Numbered from the stretch's first letter, positions 19,904 to 30,152 are shown. The stretch is 64,000 nt of DNA from Alphaproteobacteria bacterium (GCA_965227515.1 CBDDFZ010000001.1:1952001-2016000); one strand, 5' to 3'. Notes: generated by a model not told the origin, from the sequence alone. A program made the numbers and translations.

Positions 19904-20801
19904 CACATGCTTGCCTGGCGCACCGTCGCGCAACGTGACGGTGCACGCGGTCGCGTGGCTGGCGCTTGGCGTCAGCCATTCGGCGCTGATCGACGGCATC
20001 GCCAAGGAACTGAGCGACAGCATGGGCGTGATCCAGATTACCTGGGCGCGCTTCGCCTTCTTCCTGCTGCCGCTGCTGCTGATCACCCCGGTGAGCCAGT
20101 GGAGCGGCGCACTGCGCGGCCCCCAACTGGGGCTCAACCTGTTTCGCGCGTCGCTGCCGTGCGTGGCCGGGGCGTGCGCGGCGCTGGCGGTGGCGACCGA
20201 GCCGCTGGACCTGGTGACCGCGATCATCTTCGCCGCCCCGCTGATGGTGACCGCGCTCGCCGGGCCGTTCCTGGGCGAGAAGCCCGGCCTCAGCCGCTGG
20301 GCCGCCGTCATCGTCGGCTTCGGCGGCGTGCTGGTGATCGCCCGGCCGTGGAACGAGAGCTTCGGCGTCGGCATCCTGTTCGCGCTCGCGCTCGCCTTCC
20401 TGTTCGCGATCTACCAGTTGCTGACCCGCAAGCTGACGGCACGGGGCAACCCGCGCGCGATGCTGCTGCAGGTGGCCGGCGTCGGCTTCGTCATGACCAC
20501 CATATTGCTGCCGTTCGACTGGGTCTGGCCCGACTGGCAGGGCTGGGCCTGGATGGTCGCCTCCGGCCTGACCCACCTGGTCATCCATTTCTGCATGCTG
20601 CGCGCGTTCAGCATGGCGCCGGCCTCCACCCTGGCGCCAGTGATCTATTTCCAGATCGTGGTCGCCATCGCGTTCGGCTACGTGATGTTCGGCGACGTGC
20701 CGGACCTCTCCACCCTGATCGGTGCTGCGATCGTGATGGCCTGCGGCCTGTTCGTGGTGAAGTCGGCGGGTCGGCCGGACAAGGGCCCATCGTCCGTATG
20801 A
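19896..20801 (+). CDS. DMT/EamA family transporter (start uncertain)
   Basis: LGEK.GLSRW.AVIVGFGGVLVIARP and APASTLAP..Y.QIV motifs. Confidence 0.85.
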   Translation: MSDTCLPGAPSRNVTVHAVAWLALGVSHSALIDGIAKELSDSMGVIQITWARFAFFLLPLLLITPVSQWSGALRGPQLGLNLFRASLPCVAGACAALAVATEPLDLVTAIIFAAPLMVTALAGPFLGEKPGLSRWAAVIVGFGGVLVIARPWNESFGVGILFALALAFLFAIYQLLTRKLTARGNPRAMLLQVAGVGFVMTTILLPFDWVWPDWQGWAWMVASGLTHLVIHFCMLRAFSMAPASTLAPVIYFQIVVAIAFGYVMFGDVPDLSTLIGAAIVMACGLFVVKSAGRPDKGPSSV

Positions 20802-21682
20802 GCGGGCAGCCGGCTGACATGACGGACCCTCGCGCCGTGCTGGTCGGTGCCGCATGGCTGGCGCTCGGCGTCACCTGCTTCGCGGTCATCGACGCCATTG
20901 CGAAGTATCTGAGCGACGACTACGGCACCGTGCAGATCACCTGGGCGCGCTACGCGTTCTTCGTTCTGCCGTTGGCGATGTTCACGCCGTTGCGCATCTG
21001 GCGAGAGACCGCGCAGGGCCCACGCCTGGGGCTCAAGCTGTTGCGCGCCTCCATGCCGACCTTCGCCACCATCTTCGCGGTGATCAGCCTGTCGACGGTG
21101 CCGCTCGACCTGTTCACCGCCATCAGCTTCGCCGCACCCTTGATCGTGACCGCACTTTCGGGGCCGTTCCTTGGCGAGCATCCGGGATGGCGGCGCTGGA
21201 GTGCCGTCATCGTCGGCTTCTGCGGTGTGCTGGTGATCGCCCGGCCGTGGGACGAAAGCTTCGGAATCGGCGTGGTGTTCGCGGTCGGGCTGACGATGTT
21301 CTTCGCCTTCTACCAGCTTCTCAACCGCAAGCTGGCCGGCGACGGCACGCCGCGGGCGATGCTGCTGCAGGTGGCGCTGATCGGCTTCGTTGTGACCATG
21401 ATCGCGTTGCCGTTCGACTGGACCACGCCGGATGCGGAGGGATGGGCGCTGATGGTCTGCTCCGGCCTGGTCCACACCGCGAGCCACTTCAGCATTATTC
21501 GGGCATTCAACTACGCGCCTGCCTCCACCCTGGCGCCGTTCATCTATGTGCAGATCGTCAGCGCTGTGGCGCTGGGCTACTTCATGTTCGGCGACCTGCC
21601 GGACTGGACCACCATCGGCGGTGTCGCGGTGGTCATCGGCTGCGGCATCTATATCGTGCAGCTCGAGCGGCGGCGCCGATAG
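20798..21682 (+). CDS. DMT/EamA family transporter (paralog of upstream gene)
   Basis: Same motifs as the upstream gene; ATGA overlap. Confidence 0.88.
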   Translation: MSGQPADMTDPRAVLVGAAWLALGVTCFAVIDAIAKYLSDDYGTVQITWARYAFFVLPLAMFTPLRIWRETAQGPRLGLKLLRASMPTFATIFAVISLSTVPLDLFTAISFAAPLIVTALSGPFLGEHPGWRRWSAVIVGFCGVLVIARPWDESFGIGVVFAVGLTMFFAFYQLLNRKLAGDGTPRAMLLQVALIGFVVTMIALPFDWTTPDAEGWALMVCSGLVHTASHFSIIRAFNYAPASTLAPFIYVQIVSAVALGYFMFGDLPDWTTIGGVAVVIGCGIYIVQLERRRR

Positions 21683-21705
21683 CCTGAAACGCGGGAGAGG
21701 GCAGG

Positions 21706-22512
21706 ATGAGCGGGATCGAGCCGTACGAGGTCTATGCGATCAAGTACTCGCAATGCACCATGCGGGTGTCGGAGACAATTTTGGACGGTCCGCGCGACGA
21801 CCGCGTCATCGATTTCGACTTCTATGTCTGGGCGGTGATCGGCCCGGGCGGCAGCTTCGTCATCGACACCGGCTTCGACAAGGACGTCGGCCGCAAACGC
21901 GACTTGCCGGTGGTTCAGGACACTGGGACGGGACTGGAATCGGTGGGCCTGCCGCCGGGCGACGTGCGCGACGTCATCATCACCCACATGCACTACGATC
22001 ATTCGGGCAATGGCGACCTGTTCCCGCATGCCACCTTTCACATCCAGGATTTGGAGATGGCGTACGCGACCGGCCGGCACATGTGCCACGAGGTCAGCGG
22101 CGGCGCCTATGAGGGCCGCTACGTTGCCGACATGGTGCGTCGGCTCTATCGTGGCGAGGTCAGGTTCCATGACGGGGTGGACGAGGTGGCGCCGGGTGTG
22201 ACGGTGCATCATGTCGGCGGCCACACCCTCGGCATGCAGGTGGTGCGGGTGTGGACCCGGCGCGGCTGGGTGGTGCTGGCCTCGGACGCGACCCACCTTT
22301 ACCGCAATATCGAGCAATGGCGGCCTTTCCCCTCGGTGTTCAATGTCGGTGACGTTGTCGAGGGCTTTCGCACGCTCCACAAGCTGGCGAGTTCGCCGAA
22401 CCACATCATTCCGGGCCACGACCCGCTGGTGCTGAAGCGCTATCCGCCGCCGCGGCCGGAGTTGGCCGGCCTTGTCGCGCGGCTGGATGCGGATCCAGTG
22501 GACGCGGCCTGA
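21706..22512 (+). CDS. N-acyl homoserine lactonase-like metallo-beta-lactamase fold hydrolase
   Basis: VIDTG, THMHYDH (HxHxDH), GGHT.G, LASDATH and IPGHDP. Confidence 0.85.
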   Translation: MSGIEPYEVYAIKYSQCTMRVSETILDGPRDDRVIDFDFYVWAVIGPGGSFVIDTGFDKDVGRKRDLPVVQDTGTGLESVGLPPGDVRDVIITHMHYDHSGNGDLFPHATFHIQDLEMAYATGRHMCHEVSGGAYEGRYVADMVRRLYRGEVRFHDGVDEVAPGVTVHHVGGHTLGMQVVRVWTRRGWVVLASDATHLYRNIEQWRPFPSVFNVGDVVEGFRTLHKLASSPNHIIPGHDPLVLKRYPPPRPELAGLVARLDADPVDAA

Positions 22513-22722
22513 AAGGCCTGCCCCACCGCCGGCGCAATCGCGCCAAAGCGTGGCGGTTCCTGGGCGATTCCGTGATTTCGACCATTCTCTCCGCAGGGAC
22601 CGGTGCCGCGTGCCGTAACAGGCCCGTCAACCGTGCAATCCCGCACACACACAACACCGCAAGACGAGCCCCGATCTCCGGTTTCTCCGGCACGGGGCCG
22701 CGCGGCCTGAGGAGCAATTACA

Positions 22723-24084
22723 ATGGCAAACTTTTTCGGCACCATCGGCACCGACACCTTCATCGGCACGGACAACGTGCAGGACGTCTTCTACTTCAGC
22801 GACACGACACTGGACGGCAGCGACATCGTCGAGGCGGGCCACGGGTTCGAGACCGACGTCATGTATCTCACGGCCGGCACTTACGATGCCGCCATGTTCG
22901 CCGGCGTCGACGGCATCGATGCCATTCGCCTGAACAACAACGCCGGAACGACGCTGACGATTGACGATGCGCTTTCGAGCCAGGGCGGCGTGGCCGCAGA
23001 CGATGGCCGCCTGCTCATCCTGACCAGCAGCGGCAACGATACTGTCGATGCCTCCGGTGTCACCACCGACGGCGTCCACTTCGATCATGGCGGCGGGGCG
23101 GACGTCATCTATGGCAGCCAGGCGGATGACGTGATCGACGCGGCCGTCGGCGGCAGCACGTTGAGCTTCCTCTCGTTCTTCGGCAATGACGGCAACGACG
23201 TGGTCAACACCGGCGTCGGCCAAAGTGCCGCCGGCATCCAGTATCTCGACGGTGGCGACGGGGTCGACGAGCTGCACTTTGTCAGCGGCAACGATGTCCG
23301 GCTCGACCTGAATGCGGCCGGCACGCAGTTCGATATCGACGGCGCGCTGCTGGGCGTCGTGACCAACTTCGAGAGCTATCACGCCGATGGCGTCAGCGCG
23401 GTCATGCTGGGCGACAGCGGTGACAACGAGTTCCATGGTTCCGCGTTCAGCGACACGTTGCACGGCCGGGCAGGCGACGACATTCTGCGCGGCGGCGACG
23501 GCGACGATATCCTGGGTGGCGGCGCCGGCGATGACACGCTGGATGGCGGCATCGGCAACGACATCATCTTCGGTGGCTTCGGCAACGACACCCTGGACTA
23601 TTCCGAGGCGACCAACGACATGGATATCGACCTGGCCGCCCACACCGCGACCGACGGTGTCGAGCGGTTCCATGCCTTCCTGGGCATCGAGGGCGCCATC
23701 GGCGGCAGCGGCGACGACACGCTGTCGGGCGACAACCGCGACAACATGCTGGCCGGCAGCGGCGGCGACGACACCCTGTTCGGCCAGGATGGCGACGACA
23801 TCCTGCTCGGCATGAGCGGGTCGAACGAGGTCCACGGCGGGGCGGGCGCCGACGACTTCTTTTTCATCGACATCGGCAATGGCTACGGCAACGACACCAT
23901 CGCCGACTTCGAGGATGGCAGCGACGTGCTGCACTTCGTCGGCGTGGACTCCGTCCAGGTGGCCGATGTCGGCGCCGATGCGGTGGTCACCATGCTCGAC
24001 CAGTATGGCGTGTCGATCGGCTCGGTGACCGCAACGGGTGCGGCCGGCCTGGTCGACAGCGCGGACTACGTGCTGTGGTCGTAA
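22723..24084 (+). CDS. RTX/hemolysin-type calcium-binding protein
   Basis: Multiple GGxGxDxL nonapeptides, DTIADFEDGSDVL, no Sec signal peptide. Confidence 0.9.
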   Translation: MANFFGTIGTDTFIGTDNVQDVFYFSDTTLDGSDIVEAGHGFETDVMYLTAGTYDAAMFAGVDGIDAIRLNNNAGTTLTIDDALSSQGGVAADDGRLLILTSSGNDTVDASGVTTDGVHFDHGGGADVIYGSQADDVIDAAVGGSTLSFLSFFGNDGNDVVNTGVGQSAAGIQYLDGGDGVDELHFVSGNDVRLDLNAAGTQFDIDGALLGVVTNFESYHADGVSAVMLGDSGDNEFHGSAFSDTLHGRAGDDILRGGDGDDILGGGAGDDTLDGGIGNDIIFGGFGNDTLDYSEATNDMDIDLAAHTATDGVERFHAFLGIEGAIGGSGDDTLSGDNRDNMLAGSGGDDTLFGQDGDDILLGMSGSNEVHGGAGADDFFFIDIGNGYGNDTIADFEDGSDVLHFVGVDSVQVADVGADAVVTMLDQYGVSIGSVTATGAAGLVDSADYVLWS

Positions 24085-24109
24085 TCGCCTAGGCGGCTGA
24101 CGGGCCATG

Positions 24110-24142
24110 ACGCGGCGGGCGGGTCTGGTACCTGCCCGCCGC
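24110..24142 (+). terminator. GC-rich hairpin after first RTX gene
   Basis: GCGGCGGGCGGGT-loop-ACCTGCCCGCCGC; no U-tract. Confidence 0.4.
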
Positions 24143-24446
24143 AGTTGCGTCGGATCCGCAATAAGGCGCGCTGCCCCGCTTTGCACCCGCCCGCGCCACA
24201 CCGTGTCGGTGCCAGGGCTTTTTCGCGAAATCCGAAGCATGGTGCAACGGAATGCCTACCGCTGTGCGTATCAGTGGTCGAGTTCCAATCGCAAAAAGAC
24301 CAGACGCCCGGGATCTGAGGATAATCGACGGAGCTCTTTGACCAGGAACGCGGCCGCGCCCGGCACAGACCGGTGGCTGCCGCCAGTCCCCTGCCTGCCG
24401 AAACTATGTCGCTCGGCGGGCCCAGCGGCAAAGGGAGCTACAAGAC

Positions 24447-26186
24447 ATGACATTTTTCACCGGGACCACCGGCACCGACACCTTCGTCGGGGCCGATTTC
24501 GTGCAGGACCATTTCTTCTTCGATGCAACGACCCTGAGCTCCGGAGATACGATCAAGGCCGGCGGCAACACCGGCTCGATGGCCGATATCCTGCATCTCG
24601 ACGGCGGGACCTACCTGCCCCGGATGTTCGATGGCGTGCACGGCATCGACGCGATCTGGCTCAGCGACGCCTCGACCTTGATCATCGACGATCACCTGGC
24701 GGCCCAGGGCGGCGTTGTGTCGGCGGAAGGCCGCCTGCAGGTGCGCACCAGCATCTTCGACGACGTGGTCGACGCCTCCGGCGTCACCAGCAACGGCATC
24801 ACCTTCCAGTACTACGGCGGCACCGATGTCATCGTCGGCACCGAGCTGTCCGACGAGTACTACCAAATGGCGTTCACCGGCGGCGACGTGACGTTCAACG
24901 CGGCCGGCGGCGACGATTTCGTGCTCATCGGCACCATCTTCGCCACCAGCGGGGTGCAGGCGTTCGACGGCGGCACCGGCGTCGACGAGCTGACCTTGTT
25001 CAGTGAGACCGGCCTGCTGCTGGACCTGCAGTCCCCGTCCCAGCAGTTCGACATCGGCGACGGCCTGATCACCGGCACGCTGGCCAATTTCGAGCGCTAT
25101 TTCGCTCATGCCGAGACCGCGACCATGAACGGCAGCGCCGGTGATGACGAGTTCCATGGCTCTGACGGTGACGACACGCTGTTCGGCCGCGCCGGCGCCG
25201 ACACGCTCAGCGGCAATGACGGCGACGACATCATGCGCGGCGGCAATGGCGACGACACGCTGGACGGCGGCGCTGGCAGCGACACCGCCTACTACGGCAA
25301 CACCGGCGACGGCATGGATGTCGACCTGGAGCGCGCGGTCGACCAGGCGGTCGGCAGCGGCAGTGTCGGCACCGACCAGCTGATCTCGATCGAGAACGTG
25401 GTCGGTGGGCTGAACGACGACATCCTGGCCGGCGACGACCTGGCCAACATCCTCAAGGGACGGTCCGGCGACGACACGCTGCTCGGCCGCGACGGGGCCG
25501 ACACGCTGGTCGGCAACACCGGCGAGGACACGCTGGACGGCGGCAACGATGCCGATGAGCTGCGCGGCGGCTACGGCAACGATCTGCTGCTGGGCGGCGA
25601 CGGCAACGACACGTTGCTGGGCGAGGGCGACGACGACTGGCTCGACCCCGGTATCGGCACCGACACCGTCTCCGGCGGCGCCGGGTTCGACATTGTCGAC
25701 TATTCGGACGCGGCGGTCGCGCTCGACGTCAACCTGTTCACCGGCGTCGCGACCGACGGTGGCGCGCGGTCCCACACCATCGATACCGTCGAGGGCGTGA
25801 TCGGTGGCGCGGCCGGCGATGACCTGACCGGCAACCAGGCGGACAATCTGCTGGAGGGCCGCGACGGCGGCGACACCCTCAACGGGCTTGCCGGCAGCGA
25901 CACGCTGATCGGTGGGTCTGGCCTGGACGTGCTGATAGGCGGGACCGAGGCCGATGTGTTCGTGTTCTCCGACACCGGCGCGGGCTATGGCGACGACGTG
26001 GTGCAGGACTTCGAGGACGGCATCGACGTGCTGCACTTCCAGGGAGTCGATTCCGTGCAGGTGAACGATGTCGGCGCTAACGCGCAGGTCACCATGTACG
26101 ACGCCGGCGGCAACATCCTGGATACGGTGGTGCTGCTCAACGTCGCCGGGCTGGTCGACGCCAGCGACTACGTGCTTTGGGCTTAA
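24447..26186 (+). CDS. RTX/hemolysin-type calcium-binding protein (paralog)
   Basis: GGxGxD repeats; N- and C-termini similar to 22723-24084. Confidence 0.9.
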   Translation: MTFFTGTTGTDTFVGADFVQDHFFFDATTLSSGDTIKAGGNTGSMADILHLDGGTYLPRMFDGVHGIDAIWLSDASTLIIDDHLAAQGGVVSAEGRLQVRTSIFDDVVDASGVTSNGITFQYYGGTDVIVGTELSDEYYQMAFTGGDVTFNAAGGDDFVLIGTIFATSGVQAFDGGTGVDELTLFSETGLLLDLQSPSQQFDIGDGLITGTLANFERYFAHAETATMNGSAGDDEFHGSDGDDTLFGRAGADTLSGNDGDDIMRGGNGDDTLDGGAGSDTAYYGNTGDGMDVDLERAVDQAVGSGSVGTDQLISIENVVGGLNDDILAGDDLANILKGRSGDDTLLGRDGADTLVGNTGEDTLDGGNDADELRGGYGNDLLLGGDGNDTLLGEGDDDWLDPGIGTDTVSGGAGFDIVDYSDAAVALDVNLFTGVATDGGARSHTIDTVEGVIGGAAGDDLTGNQADNLLEGRDGGDTLNGLAGSDTLIGGSGLDVLIGGTEADVFVFSDTGAGYGDDVVQDFEDGIDVLHFQGVDSVQVNDVGANAQVTMYDAGGNILDTVVLLNVAGLVDASDYVLWA

Positions 26187-26196
26187 GCCTAACCAT

Positions 26197-26309
26197 CGTC
26201 ATTGCGAGGAGCGTCGACCAGACGCGACGCGGCAATCCATAGTTTTCTGGGTCGATCGAGGAGTGATCGCTTGGATTGCCACGCCCGCTCTCGCGGGCTC
26301 GCAATGACG
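26197..26309. repeat. CGTCATTGCGAG-type palindromic repeat
   Basis: CGTCATTGCGAGGAGCG...GCGGCAATCCA...TGGATTGCCACG...CTCGCAATGACG. Confidence 0.82.
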
Positions 26310-26344
26310 GCAGTTGTTGAGTACGTGCGGCGCGGCGCGGCGGG

Positions 26345-27247
26345 TCAGGCCCCGTTGCGCCGCCGGTCGCGCAGCCACTGGATGATGCCTGAGAAGTCGC
26401 GGCCCAGATCGTCGTCGTCGCAGAACGCCTGGTAGAGCGCGGTCGCCTCCGCCGCCAGCGGGGTGGAGACGCCGACCGATGCCGCGGCGTCCTGGCCCAG
26501 CTTCAGGTCCTTCAGCATCATGGTGGCGGCGAAGCCGGGCTTGTAGTCCTTGTTGGCCGGGCTCTCGGCCACCGGGCCGGGCTTCGGGCAGTACTTGTTC
26601 AGGGACCAGCACTGGCCGGTCGCGTTGCTGGAGATGTCGTAGAGGGTCTGGGCGTCCAGCCCCAGCTTCTCGGCCAGGTTGAACGCCTCGCAGACCGAGA
26701 TCATCTGGATGCCGAGCATCAGATTGTTGCAGATCTTGGCCGCCTGGCCCGCCCCGGCGTCGCCGGCATGGATCACCGCCTTGCCCATGGGGTCCAGGAT
26801 CGGCTGCGCCCGCGCGAACGCCTCCGCCGTGCCGCCGACCATGAAGGTCAGCGTGCCGGCCGCGGCCCCGGCCACGCCACCGGAAACGGGCGCGTCGACC
26901 ATCGCCACGCCCTTGTCGGCAGCGGCGGCGATGACGTCACGCGCAGTCGCGACATCGATGGTGGAACAGTCGATGGCTAGTGCGCCATCGGACGCTGCCG
27001 ACAGCACGCCGCCGTCGTCGCAGTAGGCCGCGCGGACGTGGCTGCCGGCGGGCAGCATGGTGATGATCACGTCGGCGCCGGACGCCGCCTCGGCGATGTT
27101 GGGCGCTGCGGTCATGCCGGCCTCGACCGCCGCCCTGAGCTGGACGTCGGAGATGTCATGGCCATGCACCTCGTGGCCGGCGAGCACCAGATTGCCGGCC
27201 ATCGGCAAGCCCATGTTGCCGAGGCCGATGAAGCCGATCCGCGCCAT
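26345..27247 (-). CDS. mmsB: 3-hydroxyisobutyrate dehydrogenase
   Basis: IGFIGLGNMG, DAPVSGG, AAKICNN, CPKPGPV and MLKDL. Confidence 0.92.
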   Translation of the reverse strand: MARIGFIGLGNMGLPMAGNLVLAGHEVHGHDISDVQLRAAVEAGMTAAPNIAEAASGADVIITMLPAGSHVRAAYCDDGGVLSAASDGALAIDCSTIDVATARDVIAAAADKGVAMVDAPVSGGVAGAAAGTLTFMVGGTAEAFARAQPILDPMGKAVIHAGDAGAGQAAKICNNLMLGIQMISVCEAFNLAEKLGLDAQTLYDISSNATGQCWSLNKYCPKPGPVAESPANKDYKPGFAATMMLKDLKLGQDAAASVGVSTPLAAEATALYQAFCDDDDLGRDFSGIIQWLRDRRRNGA

Positions 27248-27275
27248 GGTTTCCGTCCCCCTCGTTTATCGTCTT

Positions 27276-27359
27276 GTAGCCCGGGTGGAGCGCAGCGAAA
27301 CCCGGGAAAATCGGCGCGTCTTGTAGTCCCTGGGTTGCGCTTCGCTTCACCCAGGCTAC
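27276..27359. repeat. Uninterrupted GTAG-type REP doublet
   Basis: GTAGCCCGGGTGGAGCGCAGCGAAACCCGGG...CCTGGGTTGCGCTTCGCTTCACCCAGGCTAC. Confidence 0.88.
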
Positions 27360-27364
27360 GGCAC

Positions 27365-28429
27365 CTAGTTCTCGGGCGAGAATACCAAATCCGGGCCGTC
27401 GATCGGCGCGAAATAGCTCTCGACCATGTCGAGGGTGACGTCGGCCAGGCTTGGCGGCTGCCATTGCGGGTCACGGTCCTTGTCGATCAGCATCGCGCGG
27501 ATGCCCTCGTAGAACTCGTGACCGGCCATGAAGTGCTGGCTCATGCGAAACTCGATGGTCATGCATTCCTCGAACGACAGCCCGCGCGTGCGCAGCAACT
27601 GCGCCAGCGTCACCCGGCAACTGGTCGGCGACATGCGGTCCAGGCTGGCCAGCAGCTTGCCGGCGAAGGGGTCGGTCTCGTGGCGCAGCGCGGCGGCGAA
27701 CTCGTCCACCGTGTCGTAGTTGAAGCAACGCTCGATCAGCGCCTCGTGCTGCATGATCGGCGCGTCGGGCGGTGTCTCGTTCATGCGGTCGAGCACGGCG
27801 GCGACATTGCCCGGCATCCCGGCGAGCGCAAGCTGCAACGCCTCCAGCCGGTCGGAATCCAGATAGTGGGTGGCGATGCCCAGCGCCACGCAATCGGCGC
27901 CGTTCAGCCGCCAGCCGGTCAGCGCCAGGAACGCCGCCATCGCCGGCGACAGCATGTTCAGCGCGTGGCTGGCGCCGACATCGGGGAAGAAGCCGATGGC
28001 TGTCTCCGGCATCGCCAGCATGGTGCGCTCGGTCGCCACCCGGTAGCGGCCGTGCACCGACAGGCCGACGCCGCCGCCCATGGTGATGCCGTCGATCACC
28101 GCGACATAGGGCTTGGTGCAGCGGTAGATGGCGTGGTTCAGGGTGTATTCGCGGCGGAAGAAGTCCCAGGTCAGGCGTCGCATGTCCGGGTCGTCGGACC
28201 GGCCGGCCAGGGCCACCGCGCGCACGTCGCCGCCGGCGCAGAATGCCTTGTCACCGACGGCGTTGATTATGATCGCCTCGATCGCCGGGTCCGCCTCCCA
28301 CGCCGCCAGTTGCGGCGCGATGGCGTCGATCATGTCCAGGGTCAGCGCGTTCAGCGCCTTCGGGTTGTCGAGCGTGATGATCGCGAGCCCGTCATCGGCC
28401 CGCAGCTTCACGCGATCGCTGTCAGTCAC
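27365..28429 (-). CDS. 3-hydroxyisobutyryl-CoA hydrolase-like enoyl-CoA hydratase/isomerase
   Basis: AFCAGGDV, GITMGGGVG, AMPETAIGFFPDVG and EGIRAMLIDKD. Confidence 0.9.
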   Translation of the reverse strand: MTDSDRVKLRADDGLAIITLDNPKALNALTLDMIDAIAPQLAAWEADPAIEAIIINAVGDKAFCAGGDVRAVALAGRSDDPDMRRLTWDFFRREYTLNHAIYRCTKPYVAVIDGITMGGGVGLSVHGRYRVATERTMLAMPETAIGFFPDVGASHALNMLSPAMAAFLALTGWRLNGADCVALGIATHYLDSDRLEALQLALAGMPGNVAAVLDRMNETPPDAPIMQHEALIERCFNYDTVDEFAAALRHETDPFAGKLLASLDRMSPTSCRVTLAQLLRTRGLSFEECMTIEFRMSQHFMAGHEFYEGIRAMLIDKDRDPQWQPPSLADVTLDMVESYFAPIDGPDLVFSPEN

Positions 28430-28468
28430 GCTCGTTAATCCGATCCGGTTGCAGGCGGGAGTGGCTGG

Positions 28469-28840
28469 TTATTCCGGCGCGACCCATTCCACGTCGGCGC
28501 CCGAGCCGGCATCGGCATCGGCCGTCGCGTCCGGCTGGTCGAGCGGCTGCAGCACCAGCACCTCGACCGAGGTATTGGTCTGTGAATCCGCCGCGGCAGG
28601 CGCCTCGCAGCGCGGCTGCAGCACGCTGCAATCCCAACGGTAGCCTTCCGGCTGGCCGGAGGCGGTGCCGCCGGATTCGTACACGCATTCGCACGAGACG
28701 CCGCCCTGGCACGAGCGCTGCCCGGCCGTCGCCTGGGTGCATTGCGGTGCCTGGGCGAATGCCGCCGAAACCGTGGTGAGCATCAGTCCCGCGGCGCCGA
28801 ACGCGATACCTGCGCGTGATGTCCATCTGGATACGATCAT
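28469..28840 (-). CDS. Small secreted cysteine-rich hypothetical protein
   Basis: GGGAG RBS, signal peptide ending AFA, six Cys in about 45 aa, acidic tail. Confidence 0.65.
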   Translation of the reverse strand: MIVSRWTSRAGIAFGAAGLMLTTVSAAFAQAPQCTQATAGQRSCQGGVSCECVYESGGTASGQPEGYRWDCSVLQPRCEAPAAADSQTNTSVEVLVLQPLDQPDATADADAGSGADVEWVAPE

Positions 28841-29099
28841 CGGATACTCCCGATCATATGAGTATGTCCCAGCCCGCACTTCTCAGTGCCCCAATAACCT
28901 TTGGGCGAGGTGGAACACCACAATTGCGGCGCTCAGGTGGCAGGCGCGCCATATTGCGGCCTTTTCACGCTGCGGGCGCACCATGCCCGAAGCGGCGCGA
29001 CTTGTTAAGGGTCGTCGACTTGCCGGCGGAGCGGGCGTGGTGCATCGGCCTCACGCAGTTTCGCCTTGCATAACGCGTCAGGGGAACAATCTTTGCGCC

Positions 29100-30152
29100 A
29101 TGTCGTCATCTTCGCCCCCCCAAGCACCGCCCCATGCGCCCGCCGGCCACCCGCCGATTCCGGAGCGCAAGGTCGGTGTGCTGATCATCAATCTCGGCAC
29201 GCCGGACGCCACCGACTACAAGTCGATGCGCCGCTATCTGTCGGAGTTCCTCAGCGACCGGCGCGTCGTGGAGGTGAACCCGGTGCTGTGGCAGCTCATC
29301 CTGCAGGGCCCGATCCTGACCTTCCGGCCGAAGAAGAGCGCCGAGGCCTACCGCAAGGTCTGGAACGCCGAGCGCGACGAGTCGCCCCTGCGCACCATCA
29401 CCCGCGCCCAGTCGGAGAAGCTGGCGGCCGCCCTGGCCGACCGGCCCGCCGTGATGGTCGACTGGGCGATGCGCTATGGCACGCCGTCGATTGCCGACAA
29501 GCTGGGCGCGATGCAACAGGCCGGCTGCGACCGCATCGCGCTGATCGCGCTCTACCCGCAGTACAGCGCCGCCACCACCGCCACTGCCTACGACAAGGCG
29601 TTCGAGGCACTGAAGTCCATGCGCTGGCAGCCAGCGGTGCGCACCGCGCCGCCCTATCACGACGACCCGGCATACATCGCCGCCCTCGCCAATAGCCTGA
29701 CCGCGCACCTGGCCACGTTGGACTGGCAGCCCGACGTGGTGCTCGCCTCCTATCACGGGCTGCCGAAGGACTATTTCGACAAGGGCGACCCCTATCACTG
29801 CCACTGCGCCAAGACCACGCGGCTGCTCAACGAGCATCTCGGCTGGCCCGAGGGGCGGCTGCGCATGACGTTCCAGTCGCGCTTCGGCCCGCGCGAATGG
29901 CTGCAGCCCTACACCGACAAGACGCTGGAGGCGCTGCCGGGCGAGGGCGCGAAAAAGGTCGCGGTGATCATGCCGGGCTTCGCCGCCGACTGCGTCGAGA
30001 CCCTGGAGGAGATCGCCATCGAGGCGGCGGAGACGTTCAAGGCCGCAGGCGGCACCCATTTCAGCGCCGTGCCGTGCCTGAACGACAGCGACGGCGGTGT
30101 TGCGCTTTTGAAGCACCTGGCGCTCCGGGACCTCGCTGGCTGGGTGGGGTGA
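29100..30152 (+). CDS. hemH: Ferrochelatase
   Basis: LIINLGTPD, LYPQYS, SYHGLP, FQSRFG..WLQP and DCVETLEEI. Confidence 0.96.
   Translation: MSSSSPPQAPPHAPAGHPPIPERKVGVLIINLGTPDATDYKSMRRYLSEFLSDRRVVEVNPVLWQLILQGPILTFRPKKSAEAYRKVWNAERDESPLRTITRAQSEKLAAALADRPAVMVDWAMRYGTPSIADKLGAMQQAGCDRIALIALYPQYSAATTATAYDKAFEALKSMRWQPAVRTAPPYHDDPAYIAALANSLTAHLATLDWQPDVVLASYHGLPKDYFDKGDPYHCHCAKTTRLLNEHLGWPEGRLRMTFQSRFGPREWLQPYTDKTLEALPGEGAKKVAVIMPGFAADCVETLEEIAIEAAETFKAAGGTHFSAVPCLNDSDGGVALLKHLALRDLAGWVG

Noticed and set aside
23400-25950. Possible CRISPR or tandem-repeat array (GGCGACGAC-rich repeats)
   Set aside because: These are coding RTX nonapeptide repeats; no repeat-spacer periodicity and no cas genes
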